Source of the DNA: Ramlibacter sp. | Lineage (GTDB): Bacteria; Pseudomonadota; Gammaproteobacteria; Burkholderiales; Burkholderiaceae_C | Direction of reading: 5' to 3' | NCBI GenBank assembly: GCA_035571795.1 | Contig: DATNBX010000113.1 | Location: 23,055-87,054 of the forward strand | DNA length: 64,000 bases | Part shown: in pieces, positions 48,857 through 58,473 of the stretch | How positions within the stretch are numbered: the first letter of the stretch is position 1 | Layout: each line of letters opens with the position of its first letter | Program-made: the position numbers and the translations under genes | Notes under the pieces: model-generated | Seen by the model: only the letters and a program-made list of their open reading frames with translations | Told to the model about the DNA's origin: nothing | Database searches by the model: none

Positions 48857-49810
48857 ATGGAGTTTTTCAAGATTCACCGCGCCATCCCGTTCATGGAGAA
48901 CGCGCTGATCTTCAACGTGATCTCGTTCCTCACGTTCGCCGCCGCCGTGTTCTTCCTGTTCAATCGCGGATTGCACCTGTCGGTGGAATTCACCGGCGGG
49001 ACCGTGATGGAAGTGACCTATTCCCAGCCGGCCGAGGTCGAGAACGTGCGGCGCACCGTGGCCGGCCTGGGCTTTGCCGACGTGCAGGTCCAGAACTTCG
49101 GCACCTCGCGTGACGTGATGATCCGGCTGCCGGCGCAAAAGGGTGTGAGCTCGGCCCAGCAAAGCGAAAAGGTGCTGTCCGCGCTGAAGTCCGGCGACTC
49201 CGGCGTCACCCTTCGCCGCACCGAGTTCGTCGGCCCGCAGGTGGGTGAGGAGCTTGCCACCGACGGGTTGAAGGCGCTGGCCATGGTGGTGGCGGGCATC
49301 ATGATCTATCTGGCGTTCCGCTTCGAGTGGAAGTTCGCCGTGGCGGCCATCATCGCCAACCTGCACGACGTGGTCATCATCCTGGGCTTCTTCGCCTTCT
49401 TCCAGTGGGAGTTTTCGCTCGCGGTGCTGGCGGCGGTGCTGGCCGTGCTGGGCTATTCCGTCAACGAGTCCGTGGTGATCTTCGACCGGATCCGCGAGAA
49501 CTTCCGGCGCTTTCGCAAGCTCAACACGGTGCAGATCATCGATAACGCGATCACCTCCACCATCAGCCGCACCATCATCACCCACGGCTGCACCCAGGCC
49601 ATGGTGCTGTCGATGCTGCTGTTCGGCGGCCCCACGCTGCACTATTTCGCTCTCGCGCTGACCATCGGAATCCTGTTCGGCATCTATTCATCCGTTTTCG
49701 TCGCCGCCGCCATCGCCATGTGGCTGGGCATCAAGCGCGAGGACCTGGTCAAGTCCGCCGCCCGCAAGGACGAGGACCCGAACGACCCGAACGCGGGCGC
49801 CACCGTCTGA
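48857..49810 (+). CDS. secF: Protein translocase subunit SecF
   Basis: EFTGG, FVGPQVG and GYSVNESVVIFDRIRE motifs. Confidence 0.97.
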   Translation: MEFFKIHRAIPFMENALIFNVISFLTFAAAVFFLFNRGLHLSVEFTGGTVMEVTYSQPAEVENVRRTVAGLGFADVQVQNFGTSRDVMIRLPAQKGVSSAQQSEKVLSALKSGDSGVTLRRTEFVGPQVGEELATDGLKALAMVVAGIMIYLAFRFEWKFAVAAIIANLHDVVIILGFFAFFQWEFSLAVLAAVLAVLGYSVNESVVIFDRIRENFRRFRKLNTVQIIDNAITSTISRTIITHGCTQAMVLSMLLFGGPTLHYFALALTIGILFGIYSSVFVAAAIAMWLGIKREDLVKSAARKDEDPNDPNAGATV

Positions 49811-49819
49811 GCGGCAACC

Positions 49820-52417
49820 ATGAGCACGAGCACGCCGCAACAGCCTCCCGGGTCCGGCGCGCGGATCGCGCGTCAGGCGCGCGAGCAGTTCGTGGCGCAC
49901 GCGCAGGCTGCCCTGCCGCCGCTGGTCCAGGCGATTCGCAACCGGTTCGTCGAGCTGGTCGATACCAGCGGCAGCTCGCGCGAGATGTACGAGCGCCGCG
50001 ATGCGATGATGGACTTCGATCGCAAGGGAAAAGCCTGGGCCGAAGCCACGGGCAGGGCCTGGCGGCAGGCGATCGTTCCGCCGACGGCGACTGCACGTGT
50101 CAGGCTCGACTCCGCCAGCCTGGAATTGATTGGCGACGAGGTCGTCGAGCGCAAGATCCTGTCGTCGCGGCTGGCCCTGGCGATCCAGGAAAAGGCCACC
50201 TGGGAGCTCAATGCGCTGCGGCTGCGCATGCAGCACCTGGAGGGTGGCGACGAGCTGGCGACAACCGACATACTTCGAGCCGAAGCACTTGCGCAGCTGA
50301 TGGTCGAACAATGGGACGCCGTGGAGCTGTCCCGCGAATCCTGGACATTGGTCCAGGATGTGATCCAGCAGCATGTGCTCAAGCATGTGCCCGACGCCTA
50401 CCGCCTGGTCAATGAATACCTGGTCGCGCAGGGCGTCATGCGCGACATCGACTTGAGCGGAAGGGTCAGGCGCGGCACGACAACGGCTGGGCCTGGCCGA
50501 AGGACCGAGCGGGCTGCCGCAGAGCCTCAATCCGACGCGAACGACACCGGCGGGGGCCTTTCTGACGGTGGTGGAAGATCGCCCGGCGACGCAGGCGGCC
50601 AACGTGGCGGCGGTTACCAAGGCGGCGGTTACCAAGGCGGCGGCCACCAAGGCGGCGGCCACCAAGGCGGCACCGGCGGCTATGCAGGCGGCGCGGGCCA
50701 AACAGGGCATGGCGAGGGCAGTCGCGGTGGCGTTGGCGGTCAAGGGGGATTCGGCGGTTCGAGTGGCGACGACGACCATGGCGAATATGGTGGCCATGGG
50801 GGTACCCGCCAGGACGGGGCCGGTGCGCGTGGATCAAGTCCCGGGGGTGGCGGGGCCGCGCCCGCGGGCGGACGGCGTGCCGGTGGCGTGGCCGATGAAA
50901 CCCGGCTGATGACGTCCAACCCGCCGTTGGCGCGAGCCCGAATGCGGGCGAGCGGTGTGCTCGGGCAGCTCAAGCGGCTGCTCACCGAGCGCGTGGCAGG
51001 CTTCGACGGCAACCCGCCGACCCGTCCATCGCCGGCGCTGGCCGAAGCATTGGCGCACCAGGCGACCCAGGCGGCGCAGACCCGCGGCACCCTGCAGGGA
51101 GAGGTTGTCTATGACGACGCGGCGGTGCAGGAGGCGGCGATCGACCTGCGCCGGCGTACCGGCGAGCTCAAGAAAAAGGCCGCAACTTCCACCGAAAAGG
51201 CAACGATCGAAATCGTCGCATTGATGTTCCAGAGCATCCTGGCTGAAGAGCGCATCCCGCCCGCGATACGGGTCTGGTTTGCCAGGCTGCAGATGCCGGT
51301 GCTCAGAGTGGCCATCGCCGAGCCTGAATTCTTCGGCTCGCTGGAACACCCGGCCCGCCAGCTGATCGACCGTATGGGGTCCTGCGTGATGGGCTTCGAC
51401 GCCGCGGCCATCGGCGGTACGGCGCTGGAAATCGAGATCAAGCGTGTGGTTCAGGTGATCGAGCAATATCCGGAAACCGGCCGGCGGGTGTTCCAGCTGG
51501 TTTATGACGAATTCCAGAAATTCCTCTCGAAGTTCCTCACCGAAAAAGCGCCGACCCAACGCCTGGTGACCGTGGCCCAGCAGGTCGAGCAGAAGGAAAC
51601 CCTGGCGGTCCAATACACCATTGAGTTGCGCAGCATGCTGGCCGATATGCCGGTGCGCGAGGAGATTCGCGAATTCCTGTTCAAGATCTGGGCCGAAGTA
51701 CTGGCGCTGTCCGCCGTCAGGAACGGGCCGCAGCACGAGGAGACGCTGGCGTTGAAGAACTCCGCGTCCGAACTGGTCTGGGCCGCCAGTGCCAAGCCCA
51801 ACCGCAATGAAAGGGCGCGCGTGATCCAGGATCTGCCGCGACTGTTGCAGCGCCTGCGTCAGGGCATGACGCTAGTGGGCATCCAGGGCAAGGCGCAGGA
51901 GGGACACATCAAGGCGATCGGCGACACGCTGGCCGATGCCTTCCTGTCCAAGACCGAAGCGATTCCCCATGCGCAGATCGAAGCGATGGCCAAGCGGCTG
52001 GCCCACCTGGAAGACTTCGTCGGCGACGATTCGACCCACGAGCTTCCGCTGGATGCCGAGAACATCGAGATGATGCTGGGAATCGACGCGTCGATGATCG
52101 AAGTGGTGGCCGATGGCGGATCGCGGCCGAGCGCGGCGATGTTGGCATGGGCCGGGGAGCTGCAACTGGGCAACTGGTTCTCGCTGGACCATAACGGCAC
52201 GACGACCCAGGTGCAGTACGCATGGCGCAGCGAACGAAAACAGTTGCACCTGTTCGCGGCTCCCGGCGGGCGTAGCTACCTCATCCAGGCGCGCCGGCTG
52301 GCGGCGTATCTCCAGGCGGGACTGCTGCTGCCGGCCGAGGAGGAGGCACTGACGGTGCGTGCCACCCGCGACGCCCTGGCAAAGCTGGACGCGAACCCCG
52401 AACGCCTGTTGCAGTAG
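49820..52417 (+). CDS. DUF1631 family protein with Gly-rich insert
   Basis: TIEIVALMFQSIL, ARLQMPVLRVAI and FFGSLEHPARQLID are recognisable DUF1631-type segments. Central low-complexity region. Confidence 0.75.
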   Translation: MSTSTPQQPPGSGARIARQAREQFVAHAQAALPPLVQAIRNRFVELVDTSGSSREMYERRDAMMDFDRKGKAWAEATGRAWRQAIVPPTATARVRLDSASLELIGDEVVERKILSSRLALAIQEKATWELNALRLRMQHLEGGDELATTDILRAEALAQLMVEQWDAVELSRESWTLVQDVIQQHVLKHVPDAYRLVNEYLVAQGVMRDIDLSGRVRRGTTTAGPGRRTERAAAEPQSDANDTGGGLSDGGGRSPGDAGGQRGGGYQGGGYQGGGHQGGGHQGGTGGYAGGAGQTGHGEGSRGGVGGQGGFGGSSGDDDHGEYGGHGGTRQDGAGARGSSPGGGGAAPAGGRRAGGVADETRLMTSNPPLARARMRASGVLGQLKRLLTERVAGFDGNPPTRPSPALAEALAHQATQAAQTRGTLQGEVVYDDAAVQEAAIDLRRRTGELKKKAATSTEKATIEIVALMFQSILAEERIPPAIRVWFARLQMPVLRVAIAEPEFFGSLEHPARQLIDRMGSCVMGFDAAAIGGTALEIEIKRVVQVIEQYPETGRRVFQLVYDEFQKFLSKFLTEKAPTQRLVTVAQQVEQKETLAVQYTIELRSMLADMPVREEIREFLFKIWAEVLALSAVRNGPQHEETLALKNSASELVWAASAKPNRNERARVIQDLPRLLQRLRQGMTLVGIQGKAQEGHIKAIGDTLADAFLSKTEAIPHAQIEAMAKRLAHLEDFVGDDSTHELPLDAENIEMMLGIDASMIEVVADGGSRPSAAMLAWAGELQLGNWFSLDHNGTTTQVQYAWRSERKQLHLFAAPGGRSYLIQARRLAAYLQAGLLLPAEEEALTVRATRDALAKLDANPERLLQ
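50606..50671 (+). repeat. In-frame 15-bp tandem repeat (GGCGGCGGYYACCAA x4) encoding GGG[YH]Q
   Basis: ggcggcggttaccaa x2, then ggcggcggccaccaa x2, then ggcggc. Confidence 0.95.
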
Positions 52418-52428
52418 AAACTGTAAAG

Positions 52429-52459
52429 AACAAGGCCCGCTTGGCGGGCCTTGTTTTCT
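52429..52459. terminator. Bidirectional intrinsic terminator between DUF1631 and smg
   Basis: AACAAGGCCCGC-TTG-GCGGGCCTTGTT followed by TTCT, lying between convergent genes. Confidence 0.85.
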
Positions 52460-52472
52460 CCTTGGCGAAGCC

Positions 52473-52955
52473 TTAATGCGGGAGGCGCCCCTCGGCGGGG
52501 TCGCACAGTTCGTCGAGCACCAGCGCATCGGGCTCTTCACCGAAGCTCCAATACACCATCAGGACGATGAGCTTCAGGTCGTCGACCGATACCGGATCGC
52601 CCGGTGCGGCCATGGCGCGATCGATCACGATCTCGCGCATCGCTGCCGGCAGGACCCCGGCCGACTCGAGAAACGAAACGAAGCCCAGGCATTGGGCGCC
52701 TAGATGGCACTGCTCGGCTACTGAATAGACTCGAAGGCTGGACGCTGATTGCAAAGCGGCAGGTCCGGCTGCCTGCTGTTCGTCCAGCCGGATGCTCTGG
52801 GCCGCCAGATTGAGCCCGTCCAGCCAGACCAGCGCGGCGTGAATCTGGTCGGCTTCGAATCCGTGCGCGCTCAGCTTGCGCTCGAGCTGTTGCGACTCCG
52901 GACAGGCATCGCCGCGCCAGTAGTGTTCGTACACGAAAACGAGTACTTCGAACAT
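52473..52955 (-). CDS. smg: Smg / DUF494 family protein
   Basis: MFEVLVFVYEHY, ALVWLDGL and LKLIVLMVYW motifs; downstream of dprA. Confidence 0.9.
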   Translation of the reverse strand: MFEVLVFVYEHYWRGDACPESQQLERKLSAHGFEADQIHAALVWLDGLNLAAQSIRLDEQQAAGPAALQSASSLRVYSVAEQCHLGAQCLGFVSFLESAGVLPAAMREIVIDRAMAAPGDPVSVDDLKLIVLMVYWSFGEEPDALVLDELCDPAEGRLPH

Positions 52956-53019
52956 GCGTCAATATAGCCCAGAAAGAATACTGGCTGGACAGTTATCCGC
53001 CTGCTGTTGTGAACCCGCC

Positions 53020-54150
53020 TCAACCGGCGCCGACGCGCTGGAACAAGCCGCCGGGAAGCCGCGCGACTTCGCCGTCGAGCTCGAGTTCCAGCAGCTTTGC
53101 CTGCAGGTGCGCCGGGGACACGCCCGTGCGCGCTACCAGGGCGTCGAGGCTGACCGGATCGAAGCCAAGCGCGGCCAGAAGACCGTCGTGCGGCTCGGCG
53201 GTGGTGTTGCGCTCCGATGATGCCTGCTGGGCCGGTGCCCTGGGCCGATGGCCATTGGGTTGTGGCAATTCTTCCAGCACATCCTGAGCGGTATCCACGA
53301 GCTTGGCACCCTGCTTGAGAAGGGCATGGCAACCGCGCGATTGCGGCGAATGAATCGAACCCGGAATCGCAAATACGTCCTTGCCCTGCTCGGCGGCTTG
53401 CCGGGCCGTGATCAGTGAGCCCGACTTCAGTGCGGCCTCCACCACCACGGTGCCCTGGCTCAGACCCGCGATGATCCGGTTTCGCTTGGGGAAGTTGGCC
53501 GCCAGTGGCGGCGTGCCCAGCGGGTATTCGCTGACCACAAGGCCGGACTGTTCGATGCGCCGGGCCAGTTCCAGGTGCTGGCGCGGATAGACCCGGTCCA
53601 GCCCGGTGCCGACCACGGCGATGGTTGCGGTCTGGCCGGCCGCCGCGCCCTCCAGGGCACCCTCATGGGCGGCCGCGTCCACGCCCAGCGCCAGGCCGGA
53701 CACCACGGTCAAGCCCGCCTCTGTGAAGCTGCGAGCGAATTGCCGGGCGTTGGCCAGGCCTTGGGGCGTGGGGTTGCGGCTGCCGACGACTGCGATCGAG
53801 GCTGGCCAGGGCGCATGGACCTCGCCCATGACGTAGAGCATGAGGGGCGGATCTTCCGTGTTGAGCAGGCCCGCGGGATAGTCCGGGTCCGACAGCGTGA
53901 GAATGCGGCGCCGGCCCGATGCCTGGGCGTCCTGGAGCCATTGCCAAGTAGCCTCGAGCAGGGCGGCCATCGGCTCGTGTTCGGTGTGCAGCGCACGGGC
54001 CTGTGCCGAGCTGACCAGTTGGCCCAGTGCCGCCTCGGATTGGCTGAGCACCCTTTGCGGCAAACCGAATGCCGCCAGCAGCCGGCGCGCGGTCGCGTTC
54101 CCCAACGTCAGGTCCAGGCGCAGCCAAGCAGCGAGCTCGTCGCGCTCCAT
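53020..54150 (-). CDS. dprA: DNA-processing protein DprA
   Basis: AVVGSRNPT, VSGLALGVDAAAH, FPKRNRIIAGLS, SGSLITA and LLKQGAKLV motifs. Confidence 0.96.
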   Translation of the reverse strand: MERDELAAWLRLDLTLGNATARRLLAAFGLPQRVLSQSEAALGQLVSSAQARALHTEHEPMAALLEATWQWLQDAQASGRRRILTLSDPDYPAGLLNTEDPPLMLYVMGEVHAPWPASIAVVGSRNPTPQGLANARQFARSFTEAGLTVVSGLALGVDAAAHEGALEGAAAGQTATIAVVGTGLDRVYPRQHLELARRIEQSGLVVSEYPLGTPPLAANFPKRNRIIAGLSQGTVVVEAALKSGSLITARQAAEQGKDVFAIPGSIHSPQSRGCHALLKQGAKLVDTAQDVLEELPQPNGHRPRAPAQQASSERNTTAEPHDGLLAALGFDPVSLDALVARTGVSPAHLQAKLLELELDGEVARLPGGLFQRVGAG

Positions 54151-54163
54151 TCGCGGGCCTTGA

Positions 54164-55432
54164 CTAACGGGGAGGGGCGACGCGGTCGCCGATCGAGACC
54201 GTATCGCTGATCTCGAGGATCAGGGCATAGGAAAGCTTTTCGAAGGGACGGAACACCATGAGCAGTCCATTGCGCTCATTCGGCAGCTTGATGTCGCTGC
54301 GCTCGCCCGGCTGCGAAGTGTCCACCCGGCGCCCGCCTTCCTTCAGGATGGCCAGCACATGGCCCATTTCGATGCCGTCGGCCACACCCTTGTTGATGAC
54401 CACCACCTGGTTCTGGCCGGCGATGGACACGGCGTCGCCGTAAACGGAAACGATCGTGCCGTCCAGCGGCCCGGCGGGCGCGTGCGGCACGTAGCTCAGG
54501 AACTGGCGCGGCGGTTCGGGCAGCAACCGGTCGCCGATCCGCATCTCCGCCTTGGCCGAGACGATGTCGATCGTGGCGGGCACCACCATCTGCTCGCGCC
54601 CACCGCTGCTGGTCCTGACGAATTCCGAGCCTTCGCTGCGCACCAGCGAAGCCTTGCCCAGGTACTGGGCCTCGTAGCCCAGGATCGCCTGAGTGATCGG
54701 ATCCTTCAGCGGCCGGGCATTGCGGAAGACTCGATAGTCGTCGCTGCGCCCCGCGACGCGCTGGTTCAGCGGCGCCGTGGCCAGTCCCCTCGCGTAGGCG
54801 CGGTCGCCGCGCGTGAGCAGGACCCGGCTTTCGGTCGCCGCCACGATGCGCGGAGCGGCTAGCAGCGCGGCCTCGTCGATGATTAGCGGCTCGGCCAGGA
54901 ATGGCTCGATCAGATGCGTTTGCACCGTGGGCAGGGCCGAGTCGGCCAACGGTTGGATGCGCACCCGCGGCGAAACGCGGATGGTGCCTATCGGCGCGTC
55001 GGTGCCAGCCTCGGCCGCTTGTCTCACCCGCAAGACGGCGCGCCCATTGGTTTTTTCGAGGACCAACTGCTGGCCGGGGTAGATCAGGTGCGGATTGCGC
55101 ACCTCCTGCATGTTCATGCCCCACAATTCCGGCCAGCGCCAGGCACTCTTGAGAAACAGCCCCGAAATCCCCCATAAGGTATCGCCGCGCTTGACGGTGT
55201 ATTCCTCCGGCGCGTTCGTGGCCAGCTCCGATAGCGGCACACCCGCCTGGGCGACCTGCTCAGCCGTCGAGCGCTGGCCGGATGTGATCGGGTATTTCTG
55301 CGCCAGCGCCGGCGCCGCCGCTAGGCTCGCAGCCAAGACCGCCACCGCGGCCCAGCCGTTGACGGCGCGGGGCACTTCGAAGCCGAACGCGATGAGCTGC
55401 GCTATCTTTCGTTTGGGGCAGTCTTGGTGCAT
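54164..55432 (-). CDS. LysM peptidoglycan-binding protein
   Basis: YTVKRGDTLWGIS...WPELW...NPHLIYPGQ; typical position between def and dprA. Start uncertain. Confidence 0.9.
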   Translation of the reverse strand: MHQDCPKRKIAQLIAFGFEVPRAVNGWAAVAVLAASLAAAPALAQKYPITSGQRSTAEQVAQAGVPLSELATNAPEEYTVKRGDTLWGISGLFLKSAWRWPELWGMNMQEVRNPHLIYPGQQLVLEKTNGRAVLRVRQAAEAGTDAPIGTIRVSPRVRIQPLADSALPTVQTHLIEPFLAEPLIIDEAALLAAPRIVAATESRVLLTRGDRAYARGLATAPLNQRVAGRSDDYRVFRNARPLKDPITQAILGYEAQYLGKASLVRSEGSEFVRTSSGGREQMVVPATIDIVSAKAEMRIGDRLLPEPPRQFLSYVPHAPAGPLDGTIVSVYGDAVSIAGQNQVVVINKGVADGIEMGHVLAILKEGGRRVDTSQPGERSDIKLPNERNGLLMVFRPFEKLSYALILEISDTVSIGDRVAPPR

Positions 55433-55467
55433 GTTTTCGGCGACTGCCGGCAGAGCCCAGCGCAGTC

Positions 55468-55514
55468 TAAAGTCTTGATAAAGTACTGGCAATTCTGCGC
55501 TCAAGCCCTTGATT
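55468..55514. promoter_or_regulatory. Two IHF consensus sites in the LysM/def divergent region
   Basis: TAAAGTCTTGATA (55468-55480) and CAAGCCCTTGATT (55502-55514) both match YAANNNNTTGATW. Confidence 0.55.
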
Positions 55515-55592
55515 GGGCAACGTTAATGGCTCCGGCTGCCCGCCGGAAATGGCAAAAGTAGCGAAAATAGCGACACCTTCGACGTTTTTTCC

Positions 55593-56105
55593 ATGGCCGT
55601 TCTTCCGCTTCTTTATTACCCCGATCCCAAGCTGCACACGGTGGCCAAGCCGGTGCAGGCATTCGACGCGCGCGTCAAGAAGCTGATCGGCGACATGCTG
55701 GAAACCATGTACGAAGCCAATGGAGTCGGCTTGGCCGCAACCCAGGTGGACGTGCATGAGCGCCTGATCGTGATCGACGTGTCCGAGCAGCGCGATGCCC
55801 CCCTGGTGCTGATCAACCCCGAACTGATCTGGGCCAGCGCCGAAAGGCAAGTCAGCGATGAGGGCTGCCTGTCGGTGCCCGGAGTCTACGATGGGGTCGA
55901 ACGCGCCGCGGCGGTCAAGGTGTCCGCGCTTGATGGCGACGGGCGTTCACGTACCATCGAAGCCGACGGAATGCTGGCCGTTTGCATCCAGCATGAAATG
56001 GACCATCTGCTGGGTAAGGTCTTCGTCGAATATCTGTCCCCGCTCAAGCGCAACCGCATCAAGACCAAGATGCTGAAGGCGCGGCGCGAGACGGTCCGGG
56101 CCTAG
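55593..56105 (+). CDS. def: Peptide deformylase
   Basis: [16 protein letters not shown] and QHEMDHL motifs. Confidence 0.97.
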   Translation: MAVLPLLYYPDPKLHTVAKPVQAFDARVKKLIGDMLETMYEANGVGLAATQVDVHERLIVIDVSEQRDAPLVLINPELIWASAERQVSDEGCLSVPGVYDGVERAAAVKVSALDGDGRSRTIEADGMLAVCIQHEMDHLLGKVFVEYLSPLKRNRIKTKMLKARRETVRA

Positions 56106-56152
56106 ACCGGAATTCCTCAACGCTTCCAACGAACGGAACAGACTTCAACCAA

Positions 56153-57118
56153 TTGCGCGTCATCTTCGCGGGAACCCCGGAGTTCGCACGGGTGGCGCTT
56201 GAGCGCCTGCATGACGCCGGCTTCGAGATTGCGCTGGTGTTGACGCAGCCCGATCGCCCCGCCGGTCGCGGCCTGAAGCTGCAGCCCTCGCCGGTCAGGC
56301 AGTTCGCGCTCGAGCATGGATTGCCCGTCGGGCAGCCGCGCAGTTTGCGGCTGGACGGCAAGTATCCGGAAGAGGCGGCCGCTGCCAAGGCGGCAATCGA
56401 GCGGGCGCGGGCCGACGTGATGGTGGTCGCCGCCTATGGGCTGATCCTGCCGCAGTGGGTCCTGGATGTCCCGCGGCTGGGCTGCCTGAATATCCATGCA
56501 TCGCTGCTGCCGCGCTGGCGCGGCGCGGCCCCGATCCACCGCGCCGTCGAAGCCGGTGACCGCGAAACCGGCGTGACGATCATGCAGATGGATGCCGGCC
56601 TCGATACCGGCGACATGCTGCTCGCGGCACGTGTGCCGATCGATGCGCACGACACCACGGGCACCGTGCACGACAAGCTGGCCGCGCTGGGCGGCGAACT
56701 CGTCGTTCGGGCGCTGAAGCTCGCCGCGGAAGGCGGCCTCGAGCCGGTCAGGCAGCCCGCAGCGGGCGCGACGTACGCCCGCAAAGTGGACAAGGCGGAG
56801 GCGGTTGTTGACTGGTCGCAGCCGGCCGAAGTGATTGACAGGCGCATCCGCGCGTTCGACCCGGTTCCCGGCGCCAGCACTGCTCTGGCCGGCGAGCCGG
56901 TCAAGCTGTGGCGCGCCGAACTCGTCGATGCTGCTGGCAGCGAAGGTGCGCCCGGCCGGGTCGTGGCCGCAAGTCCGTCCGGGATCGACGTACGCTGCGG
57001 TGATGGTGCCCTGCGCATCACGCAACTGCAGCGCGCTGGCGGCAAGAGGCTGGCTGCGGCAGATTTCCTGCGCGGCTTCGATGTGCAAGCCGGCATGAAT
57101 TTTGGCCCTTCGACCTAA
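56153..57118 (+). CDS. fmt: Methionyl-tRNA formyltransferase
   Basis: [25 protein letters not shown] and MDAGLDTG motifs; TTG start. Confidence 0.96.
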   Translation: MRVIFAGTPEFARVALERLHDAGFEIALVLTQPDRPAGRGLKLQPSPVRQFALEHGLPVGQPRSLRLDGKYPEEAAAAKAAIERARADVMVVAAYGLILPQWVLDVPRLGCLNIHASLLPRWRGAAPIHRAVEAGDRETGVTIMQMDAGLDTGDMLLAARVPIDAHDTTGTVHDKLAALGGELVVRALKLAAEGGLEPVRQPAAGATYARKVDKAEAVVDWSQPAEVIDRRIRAFDPVPGASTALAGEPVKLWRAELVDAAGSEGAPGRVVAASPSGIDVRCGDGALRITQLQRAGGKRLAAADFLRGFDVQAGMNFGPST

Positions 57119-57228
57119 GTCGGTCGCTGTCCTTGGCGAAGTCATCCCTTGCGCAGATGACTTGTCGAAATAGCCTGCTCGGCAATGCGACCCTCCTAAA
57201 ATGATCGGTTTGGCTGAATCGACATACC

Positions 57229-58422
57229 ATGAACGTGCTGCGTTTTTCCGATCTCTGCAACCAAGGCAAGGCCAAAGGCCAACGCGTCTTCATCCGCGCC
57301 GATCTCAACGTGCCTCAAGATGAGGCCGGCAAGATTACCGAAGACACACGTATCCGTGCTTCGGTACCCTGCATCCAGATGGCGCTGCAAGCTGGCGCCG
57401 CCGTGATGGTCACATCGCACCTCGGCCGGCCCAAGGAAGGCGAGTTCAAACCGCAGGACTCGCTGGGACCGGTGGCGGCCCGCCTGGCGGAATTGCTCCG
57501 CCGCGACGTGCCGCTGGTTCGCAACTGGGTCGATGGAGTCGAAGTCGAGCCGGGCCGGGTGGTGCTGCTGGAGAACTGCCGCATCAACAAAGGCGAGAAG
57601 AAAAACGATCCCGAACTGGCCCGCAAGATGGCGGCGCTTTGCGACATCTTCGTGCACGACGCGTTCGGTACCGCGCATCGCGCCGAGGCCTCGACGTACG
57701 GAATCGCGCAGTACGCCAAGATCGCATGCGCCGGGCCGCTGCTGGCGGCCGAGATCGATGCGATCTCCAAGGCGCTGGCCAATCCCAGGCGCCCGCTGGT
57801 TGCGATCGTCGCCGGTGCGAAGGTGTCGACCAAGCTCACCATCCTGAAGGCGCTCGCCGGCAATGTGGACCAGCTCATCGTCGGCGGCGGCATCGCCAAC
57901 ACCTTCATGCTCGCGGCTGGCTTGAAGATCGGAAAGTCCCTCGCGGAGGCCGATCTGGTGGCCGAGGCCCGCGCCGTGATCGAAGCCATGAAGGCGCGTG
58001 GCGCCGAAGTGCCGATTCCGGCCGACGTGGTCACGGCAAAAACGTTTGCGGCTGATGCGCCGGCCGCAGTCAAGTCCGCCGGCGATGTTGCCGAGGACGA
58101 CCTGATCCTGGACATCGGCCCGCAGACGGCTCGCAAGCTCGCGGACCAGCTGAAATCCGCCGGCACGATCGTGTGGAACGGCCCGGTCGGAGTGTTCGAG
58201 TTCGATGCTTTTGCGCACGGCACGGAAACGATCGCCCGCGCCATCGCCCAGTCGGGCGCGTTCAGCATCGCCGGCGGCGGCGATACCCTGGCGGCCATTG
58301 CCAAGTACGGAATCGAAAAGGATATCGGCTACATCTCGACCGGCGGCGGTGCCTTTCTCGAGGTGCTGGAGGGCAAGACGCTGCCGGCATTCGAAATCCT
58401 GCAAAAGCGCGCCAACGGATAA
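57229..58422 (+). CDS. pgk: Phosphoglycerate kinase
   Basis: [30 protein letters not shown] and STGGGA motifs. Confidence 0.98.
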   Translation: MNVLRFSDLCNQGKAKGQRVFIRADLNVPQDEAGKITEDTRIRASVPCIQMALQAGAAVMVTSHLGRPKEGEFKPQDSLGPVAARLAELLRRDVPLVRNWVDGVEVEPGRVVLLENCRINKGEKKNDPELARKMAALCDIFVHDAFGTAHRAEASTYGIAQYAKIACAGPLLAAEIDAISKALANPRRPLVAIVAGAKVSTKLTILKALAGNVDQLIVGGGIANTFMLAAGLKIGKSLAEADLVAEARAVIEAMKARGAEVPIPADVVTAKTFAADAPAAVKSAGDVAEDDLILDIGPQTARKLADQLKSAGTIVWNGPVGVFEFDAFAHGTETIARAIAQSGAFSIAGGGDTLAAIAKYGIEKDIGYISTGGGAFLEVLEGKTLPAFEILQKRANG

Positions 58423-58473
58423 GCGCCACCGGCCGCTTTGCCGGAACATTCGAGATTGAGTCAAGGAAAGTCC

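Noticed and set aside
50606-50671. Tandem repeats as a CRISPR array
   Set aside because: 15-bp units with no spacers, in frame within a CDS, and no cas genes.
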